NCBI GenBank assembly: GCA_964016885.1
Contig: OZ024740.1
Span: 433,752,001 to 433,816,000, forward strand
DNA: 64,000 bases
Origin: Eledone cirrhosa
Taxonomy: Eukaryota
Direction of reading: 5' to 3'
A program made the position numbers and the translations under genes. The notes under the pieces were generated by a model. That model saw nothing but the letters and a program-made list of their open reading frames with translations. It made no database searches and had not been told where the DNA came from. Positions 57,429 through 64,000 of this stretch are shown one piece after another (position 1 is the first letter of the stretch; the number at the start of each line of letters is the position of its first letter).

Positions 57429-58112
57429 ACCACCCAGTGTGTCAGTTGACCACTTAGTGTGTCAGTTGACCACCTAGTGTGTCAGTTGACCACCTAGTGT
57501 CTCAGTTGACCACCAAGTGTGTCAGTTGACCACCTAGTGTGTCAGTTGACCACCTAGTGTGTCAGTTGACCACCAAGTGTGTCAGTTGACCACCTAGTGT
57601 GTCAGTTGACCACCTAGTGTGTCAATTGACCATCTAGTGTGTCAGTTGACCACCTAGTGTGTCAGTTGATCACCTAGTGTGTCAGTTGACCACCTAGTGT
57701 GTCAGTTGACCACCAAGTGTGTCAGTTGACCACCTAGTGTCTCAGTTGACCACCAAGTGTGTCAGTTGACCACCTAGTGTGTCAATTGACCATCTAGTGT
57801 GTCAGTTGACCACCTAGTGTGTCAGTTGACCACCTAGTGTGTCAGTTGACCACCTAGTGTGTCAATTGACCACCTAGTGTGTCAGTTGACCACCTAGTGT
57901 GTCAGTTGAACACCTAGTGTGTCAGTTGAACACCTAGTGTGTCAGTTGACCACCTAGTGTGTCAATTGACCACCTAGTGTGTCAGTTGACCACCTAGTGT
58001 GTCAGTTGATCACCTAGTGTGTCAGTTGACCACCTAGTGTGTCAGTTGACCACCTAGTGTGTCAATTGACCACCTAGTGTGTCAATTGACCACCTAGTGT
58101 GTCAATTGACCA
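57429..58112. repeat. Distal segment of the 20-bp satellite (~34 units); right boundary of the array
   Basis: Same unit, perfectly in phase with no indels; ends GTCAATTGACCA then unique sequence. Confidence 0.98.
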
Positions 58113-58178
58113 GACATCACATGTCAACAGTCATTGGATATTTTTGAGGCAAGATAACACACTGGTAGCATTGCCACA

Positions 58179-58398
58179 GGTGATGGCGAGGCTAAGGTGC
58201 TGAAACAACCAAGCACCCTCACCAGGAGCACTACCCGACACCTTGGAAAGATTGGGTGATGGCGAGGCTTAGGTACTGAAACAACCAAGCACCCTCACCA
58301 GGAGCACTACCTGACACCTTGGAAAGATTGGGTGATGGCGAGGCTAAGGTGCTGAAACAACCAAGCACCTTCACCAGGAGCACTACCTGACACCTTGG
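58179..58398 (+). repeat. 76-bp tandem repeat, ~2.9 copies
   Basis: GGTGATGGCGAGGCT...GACACCTTGG starts at 58179, 58255 and 58331. Internal GGTGCT/AGCACC stem. The third copy runs into GTAAG/GTGAG. Confidence 0.95.
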
Positions 58399-58517
58399 TA
58401 AGGTGAGCTGCTATGACAATATATTTCTCCCAAACTTAAAAGTACATAACTAAACCGATATGACAGTGTTGAATTCATGGGTCTTTTCTCATTTTCTTCT
58501 GTCACTTTAATTATATA

Positions 58518-58961
58518 CTAGCTGGACCAGTGAAAACATTCACAGATAATTTTTGAAATTTAAATATTGTCCAATGAATATTTATCAGTTAATCAAAGTT
58601 GCTTGATTTGCAGTATTTTGGTGAATAAACGATTATATTTTCCTTTATTTTATGTTCAATTTTATTTAAAATTATTTTCATAAAAGTGCACATAAAAAAA
58701 ATCCTTTAAAGCACTTCCCTATATACAATGTTTCTAGTAAAGGTGATTCTCCTTCTGCGGCCATGGGTGGATTGGATTTGAGGTATCGCTATAACTCTCG
58801 CACTGTTCATCACCCTTGCTCAAAGGCCTCTCTTCTATTATGGCATTTCGTCGCTGTTCAACTCTGTTTCTCATATTCTCTAGATAAATAACTATGTAAT
58901 TACTGAAAGTGTGACACGGTCGGACGTACGGTACGTAGGTTTAAGTGTATTAATATATAGA
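58518..58961 (-). mobile_element. Non-autonomous Helitron (~444 bp)
   Basis: On the - strand it begins A|TCTATATATTAATAC and ends CCAGCTAG|T: canonical 5'-TC, 3'-CTAG and A|T target without TSD. Subterminal hairpin GTGAA-TGTT-TTCAC (58530-58543). Short CGTAC/CGGA-type simple repeat near the 5' end. Confidence 0.72.
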
Positions 58962-59231
58962 TATTTTTATGTATTATAAGGTTCCTAGCAATAATTGATT
59001 ATATGTACTTCTATATAATTGTTATATAATAAAATCAAGTTTATTATATAACAAATATGTTACCTCATTTTCATTCTTTTTCAAAGTTAAAAACCAACTT
59101 AACCACAACCCAAATAGGATTTTGTTATTTTTATTTCCATAATTATAATATTCAACCTTTTATCTTGGTCGTAATATTTACATTTTAATACTTTCATGGA
59201 TTTTAACTAACAACCCCAAAATATTTACACC

Positions 59232-59398
59232 TTCTTTTCACTGAAGCATGTCAAGGTCATAGCCGCTTCTTACTGAACCATGCCAAGGTCATCACGGATT
59301 CTTACTGAACCGTGTCAAGGTCATCACACCTTCTTACTGAACCATGTCAAGGTCATCACAGTTTCTTACTGAACCATGTCAAGGTCATCACAGGTTCT
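59232..59398 (+). repeat. 32-bp minisatellite x5, each unit carrying YCAAGGTCA
   Basis: ACTGAA recurs at 59240, 59272, 59304, 59336 and 59368. Unit TTCTTACTGAACCATGTCAAGGTCAT + 6 variable nt. Confidence 0.93.
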
Positions 59399-59423
59399 TT
59401 CTTTTCTAGGAGAAATTAGGTTA

Positions 59424-59725
59424 CTCTTGGGTCCCAGATAATAAGGGGGAGCATTTGATTAAATTCTTATAAGTGGGAGGGTTGTGAAATCGGTAATTCT
59501 ATAGTGTATATAAGGGATTTCTTGTAATGTTATTTTTTTTGTCATATATAATGTTTTTTAATGTAAAATAAAACATAATTATTAGATTCTCCAACTGCTG
59601 TATCAATAGGGATCATTTATAATAAAATTTCGCCGGGGATAGATTAGCAAAATTTAATAAGCAGGGAGGGGGGGGGGGTCTGAAAAATTAACGAGGGGAG
59701 TGGGGCACTATTCAAGACCTGAGAG
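59424..59725. mobile_element. Degenerate MITE / non-autonomous DNA transposon with TA TSD (Tc1/mariner-like)
   Basis: Left TA|CTCTTGGGTCCCAGATAAT versus reverse complement of the right end TA|CTCTCAGGTCTTGAATAGT; mismatches are transitions. AT-rich interior with G-runs, no ORF. Confidence 0.6.
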
Positions 59726-59738
59726 TAATTACTTACTC

Positions 59739-60136
59739 TGTGTGTGTGTGTACGTATGTATGTATGGACCCATAACTCCTGAGTGAGTCACAGGGACACT
59801 GTATTGACATACAGCATTTCTAGGGCTTTTTTTTAAAACCTGGTGGAGCCCATCACTTCTCCAGGTCTGAATACAGCAGATTTCTTCCAGAGAAGGATAA
59901 AGAGTGAGAGAAAGGAGGTGGGAAAGAGATATAGAGAAAAGATCGACCCCAGTACTTGACTGGTACTTTTTTTTATCAACTTCAAATGGATGAAAGACAA
60001 AGCTGGCTTCATGTCGCAAATCAAGGCAGAAGGAACAATATGAAATAAAGTGTCTTGCTCGAGGACATAACGCATTGCCCGGTCTGGGTATTGAACTCAT
60101 AACCTCAGAATTGCGAATCCAATTCTCTAATCAAGT
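59739..60136 (-). mobile_element. tRNA-derived SINE (possibly composite), degenerate
   Basis: On the - strand: A-box-like TGATTAGAG, B-box-like GAGTTCAATAC, then GTCCTCGAGCAAGACACTT, then core GCTTTGTCTTTCATCC...GATAAAAAAAAGTACCAGTCAAGTACTGGGGTCGAT, ending in a (TACA)n/(CA)n tail at 59739-59765. Confidence 0.75.
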
Positions 60137-60694
60137 TATTGAACACTAATATCTCATGTAAAATTCATCAAGAGAGTTAGTAGTTATAACCTAGTATAAA
60201 ATATTTTTGTGAGCACCTCCATGTGAAACAGATGCTCTCTCCAACATAACTGGAATAATGTTTGGTTTAAATTATTTCAGGTCAGTCAATTCAGCTGCAG
60301 AGGATAGTTCCGGAGGGATGGAGTTTCATGAAGAAGACTTAGTGAAATGTTTTCTATAGAAGATGGAAAGGGACAGTATGAACTAATTTCAATATTCATG
60401 GCAGATATTCAGATTTTGTTAGCAGAATCATTTGAACATAGAGGAAAGCACTTTGAGGTATTAGTTTCGACTCTCCAAGTTTTCATTTCAAGTCCAACCA
60501 AGGCCAACTTTCACAGAAAAGGTTAAAGAATTGGTTCGTATATCAGTAGTAAAACTAAGAAAGTGTGAGATTTGAAAATTCTGATGTGAACACTAACAGT
60601 CCAGGCTCCAATCTGTTGACAAGAAATTACATTTTTAAGGAGTTTGTGTGATTTCTATTTCCTTTCTTCTCTCTCTTGTCATCTAACGCTGCAG

Positions 60695-60973
60695 TGATTT
60701 TATCAAGGAAGGATCTGTATTAAGACTCTTTGACTCTTTATTTGGTGTATAAACTTGCACCACCCACAGAGACCTATCTTTCAGTATAAATTTCAAGAGG
60801 CAACTCTTCTCTCCTGATGGGATCCAGTCCATAACATCCATGAGCTCAACTGGTCTTGCTTGGAGATCCAGCTGGATTAACTGGAAACAGTTGCTTCTAA
60901 CAGGACCCACTGGAAGGAGTGTTTGAAGACTCTGCTCCCAGGAATAAGTGGCCAAAGAAGGAGAAGTTTGCTG
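60695..60973 (+). other. Candidate non-coding exon
   Basis: Long pyrimidine tract 60651-60680, then GCTGCAG| acceptor; donor CTG|GTAAGC at 60974; stops in all three frames. Confidence 0.4.
60715..60850 (-). pseudogene. Decayed fragment of an RTE-type APE endonuclease
   Basis: ORF 60683-60955 contains WIPSGEKSCLLKFILKDRSLWVVQVYTPNKES, resembling the segment leading into the VYAP motif of LINE APE domains. Flanking QE and GDFN motifs are absent. Confidence 0.45.
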
Positions 60974-61332
60974 GTAAGCTAAAATATAATTTCTATTTAT
61001 TTAGAAAATGTTGCTCAATAAAAGGGTTATTGAAGACAAAGCCCAGTTGATCAATTAATCGTTTGATGTAATTTTGGTAGAGAGAGGGATGTAGTTAATA
61101 GGATTATCTTTGTAATTTGAATACTCAATAGGCTGTAGTCAATAGGATTACAGTTGATAGTGGTGGAGTGACTGTAAATGGCCATTGACAATACATCAAT
61201 GTTTGTGTGAGGAAAAGACAGAAGTTAGTAATGAAAGCTGGTCGGATCATAATTCATTATCCATAAACGACGTAGTATTAATACTCTAGTAATTATTGGA
61301 CTGTCAACCTTGTATTATTATGCAAATGAGAC

Positions 61333-61553
61333 GGGTGGGAGATTGGCAGTAACCAGTAGAGCGTCAGGCACCAGGCTTTGTGGCATACAAATATGGCCCT
61401 TTAAATTCTGAGTTCAAATCCTGCCGAGGTTAGCTTTGCCTTTCATCCTTATGGTGTTTGATAAAATAAAGTACCAGTAATGCGTTGGGGCCGATTTAAT
61501 GGACCCTCCACCTCCCCCTTCAAAATTGCTGGGTTGGTGCCAAAAATAGAAAA
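61333..61553 (+). mobile_element. tRNA-derived SINE, octopus-type, degenerate
   Basis: Head GGTGGGAGATTGGCAG..., B box GAGTTCAAATCC, core GCCGAGGTTAGCTTTGCCTTTCATCCTT...GATAAAATAAAGTACCAGT...GGGGCCGAT, tail CCCCCTTCAAAATTGCTGG...GTGCCAAAAAT. Shares its core with the - strand SINE at ~59.95 kb. Confidence 0.8.
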
Positions 61554-61604
61554 TGTTCTGGCACATAGTGTACATTTTAATAGGTGACAGTAAATGTCAT
61601 CAGT

Positions 61605-61626
61605 GGGGGGGGGGGGGGGGGGGGGG
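61605..61626 (+). repeat. G22 homopolymer (G-quadruplex potential)
   Basis: 22 consecutive G; explains the poly-Pro/poly-Gly spurious ORFs. Confidence 0.9.
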
Positions 61627-61696
61627 TAATAAGTTACCCAAAAGACTCCACTGGAAACCTGGTCCAAATACTTGCAACAAAGTGAACCCTGCTGAA

Positions 61697-63233
61697 AGTA
61701 TCTCTCATGTGGTAGTTATTATACCACATGTTAGATTAAGTCTACAACTGGAGTATCTCTCATGTGGTAGTTATTATACCACATGTTAGATTAAGTCTAC
61801 AACTGGAGTATCTCTCATGTGGTAGTTATTATACCACATGTTGGATTAAGTCTACAACTGGAGTATCTCTCATGTGGTAGTTATTATACCACATGTTGGA
61901 TTAAGTCTACAACTGGAGTATCTCTCATGTGGTAGTTATTATACCACATGTTGGATTAAGTCTACAACTGGAGTATCTCTCATGTGGTAGTTATTATACC
62001 ACATGTTGGATTAAGTCTACAACTGGAGTATCTCTCATGTGGTAGTTATTATACCACATGTTGGATTAAGTCTACAACTGGAGTATCTCTCATGTGGTAG
62101 TTATTATACCACATGTTAGATTAAGTCTACAGCTGGAGTATCTCTCATGTGGTAGTTATTATACCACATGTTGGATTAAGTCTACAACTGGAGTATCTCT
62201 CATGTGGTAGTTATTATACCACATGTTAGATTAAGTCTACAACTGGAGTATCTCTCGTGTGGTAGTTATTATACCACATGTTGGATTAAGTCTACAACTG
62301 GAGTATCTCTCATGTGGTAGTTATTATACCACATGTTGGATTAAGTCTACAACTGGAGTATCTCTCATGTGGTAGTTATTATACCACATGTTAGATTAAG
62401 TCTACAACTGGAGTATCTCTCATGTGGTAGTTATTATACCACATGTTGGATTAAGTCTACAACTGGAGTATCTCTCATGTGGTAGTTATTATACCACATG
62501 TTGGATTAAGTCTACAACTGGAGTATCTCTCATGTGGTAGTTATTATACCACATGTTGGATTAAGTCTACAACTGGAGTATCTCTCATGTGGTAGTTATT
62601 ATACCACATGTTGGATTAAGTCTACAACTGGAGTATCTCTCATGTGGTAGTTATTATACCACATGTTGGATTAAGTCTACAACTGGAGTATCTCTCATGT
62701 GGTAGTTATTATACCACATGTTAGATTAAGTCTACAGCTGGAGTATCTCTCATGTGGTAGTTATTATACCACATGTTGGATTAAGTCTACAACTGGAGTA
62801 TCTCTCATGTGGTAGTTATTATACCACATGTTAGATTAAGTCTACAACTGGAGTATCTCTCGTGTGGTAGTTATTATACCACATGTTGGATTAAGTCTAC
62901 AACTGGAGTATCTCTCATGTGGTAGTTATTATACCACATGTTGGATTAAGTCTACAACTGGAGTATCTCTCATGTGGTAGTTATTATACCACATGTTAGA
63001 TTAAGTCTACAACTGGAGTATCTCATGTGGTAGTTATTATACCACATGTTAGATTAAGTCTACAACTGGAGTATCTCTCATGTGGTAGTTATTATACCAC
63101 ATGTTAGATTAAGTCTACAACTGGAGTATCTCTCATGTGGTAGTTATTATACCACATGTTGGATTAAGTCTACAACTGGAGTATCTCTCGTGTGGTAGTT
63201 ATTATACCACATGTTAGATTAAGTCTACAACTG
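61697..63233. repeat. 55-bp hairpin minisatellite, 28 copies
   Basis: Unit GAGTATCTCTCATGTGGTAGTTATTATACCACATGTT(A/G)GATTAAGTCTACAACTG. Perfect 9-bp stem CATGTGGTA/TACCACATG with a 7-nt loop. One 2-bp deletion near 63021. CTGAA at both array borders. Confidence 0.98.
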
Positions 63234-63813
63234 AAGAACATAAAACGTGAATAGCTTAAATAAATACTGCAAGGCATCTTGTGCAACACTAACAATTTAG
63301 CCAGTCCACCAGGGCCAGATTTAATGGGTGTGGGGGGCGCAATTGCCCCTTGGAGTGAGGGGCCACGCCAGCAACGGTCGTAGCAATGTATTTGTGCCCT
63401 CAGCAGTTTATGACAATCAGCCACATTAGGTCTATATATATCCATTTGATGACAGTTTTCAATTTCATTCCTTTTTGTTTATTTAGTAATGATATATATC
63501 ACTATCTGGCCCGTCCGGCTGGTGCCTGGCTAGGTATACCGGCATTTTATCTTTTCAGGAATCCCCCCCTACACTCTATTGCAAAGATACCACACGCCCT
63601 CTCAAGTCAGCAAGGGGAGGGGGGGGGTAATGTGGTCTGATGTTGGGTTTGAATAGGTTTTAGGATTCCCCAGTTCAGCAGCCAGTACGTTAAAGAAAAT
63701 TGATAGTTACAACAATAAAGGTTGAACAGAGAACACATTTTTTAACAAACAATAATTTGTACAACCATAATGGAAATTCCAAGTAACAGAAAATATTTAA
63801 ATTACATTGTTAG

Positions 63814-63994
63814 AGCCTCAGAGTATACAATATATTTTGTTCGGCCCTCCGGAGCAAAGATGAAGAGATTGTTTGGCGAGCTCACCCTAGAGCATCCTAC
63901 ATACAATTGACCATGAGAGAATCACTGATTCTGTAGCTCGTCTCTCGGAGAAACTCTGTAGATGTTGACCTCTGGACACTCCTGTCAGGAGCAG
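63814..63994 (+). other. Candidate exon (non-coding, or 5'UTR/first coding exon)
   Basis: TTGTTAG| acceptor after AT-rich intron-like DNA, a rise in GC content, and a strong donor CAG|GTAAGC at 63995. All three frames contain stops; only ATG 63962 (MLTSGHSCQEQ) stays open to the donor. Confidence 0.45.
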
Positions 63995-64000
63995 GTAAGC

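Noticed and set aside
53766-57477. Short ORFs overlapping the LINE (78, 60, 63, 67, 72, 68 and 171 aa)
   Set aside because: Antisense or off-frame shadows of the APE-RT ORF and GC-rich leader; some start or end in satellite; no motifs.
60085-61425. tRNA genes at the B-box motifs (~60095 on - and ~61410 on +)
   Set aside because: No cloverleaf; both continue directly into SINE body sequence.
61697-63233. CRISPR-like palindromic repeat array
   Set aside because: Units are contiguous and near-identical with no unique spacers, there are no cas genes, and the context is eukaryotic.
58179-63233. Hammerhead ribozyme in the 76-bp or 55-bp repeats
   Set aside because: No CUGANGA plus GAAA core on either strand.
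63310-63514. Possible hAT-type MITE (CAGGGCCAGATTT ... ATCTGGCCC)
   Set aside because: Only a 9-bp inverted match, terminal bases disagree and no 8-bp TSD is visible.
59729-63640. Small ORFs at 59729, 59833, 61449, 61553, 63170 and 63386
   Set aside because: They translate SINE, poly-G or minisatellite sequence; no domain or coherent exon structure.

Overview
Eukaryotic, non-coding DNA; the SINE sequences resemble those I recognise from octopus/cephalopod genomes (recognition only, not verified). About 84% of the window (1-53791, open at the left edge) is one ~2,700-copy 20-bp satellite (GTGTGTCAGTTGACCACCTA). Its rare variants show nested block duplications of ~0.4-11 kb. Near its right end the array is interrupted by an apparently full-length ~3.64-kb RTE/RTEX-clade non-LTR retrotransposon on the - strand (APE + RT, one in-frame nonsense codon, (TGA)n tail fused to the stop codon, apparent 16-bp TSD). 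About 34 more units with a different variant spectrum follow. The last 6 kb hold a 76-bp triplication ending in splice donors, a non-autonomous Helitron, a 32-bp x5 minisatellite carrying YCAAGGTCA sites, a TA-flanked MITE, two inverted tRNA-derived SINEs, a decayed RTE endonuclease fragment, a 28 x 55-bp hairpin array and several + strand exon-like segments closed in all frames. The latter suggest a spliced, repeat-rich non-coding transcript. No intact host protein-coding gene, rRNA, tRNA or CRISPR array is supported.
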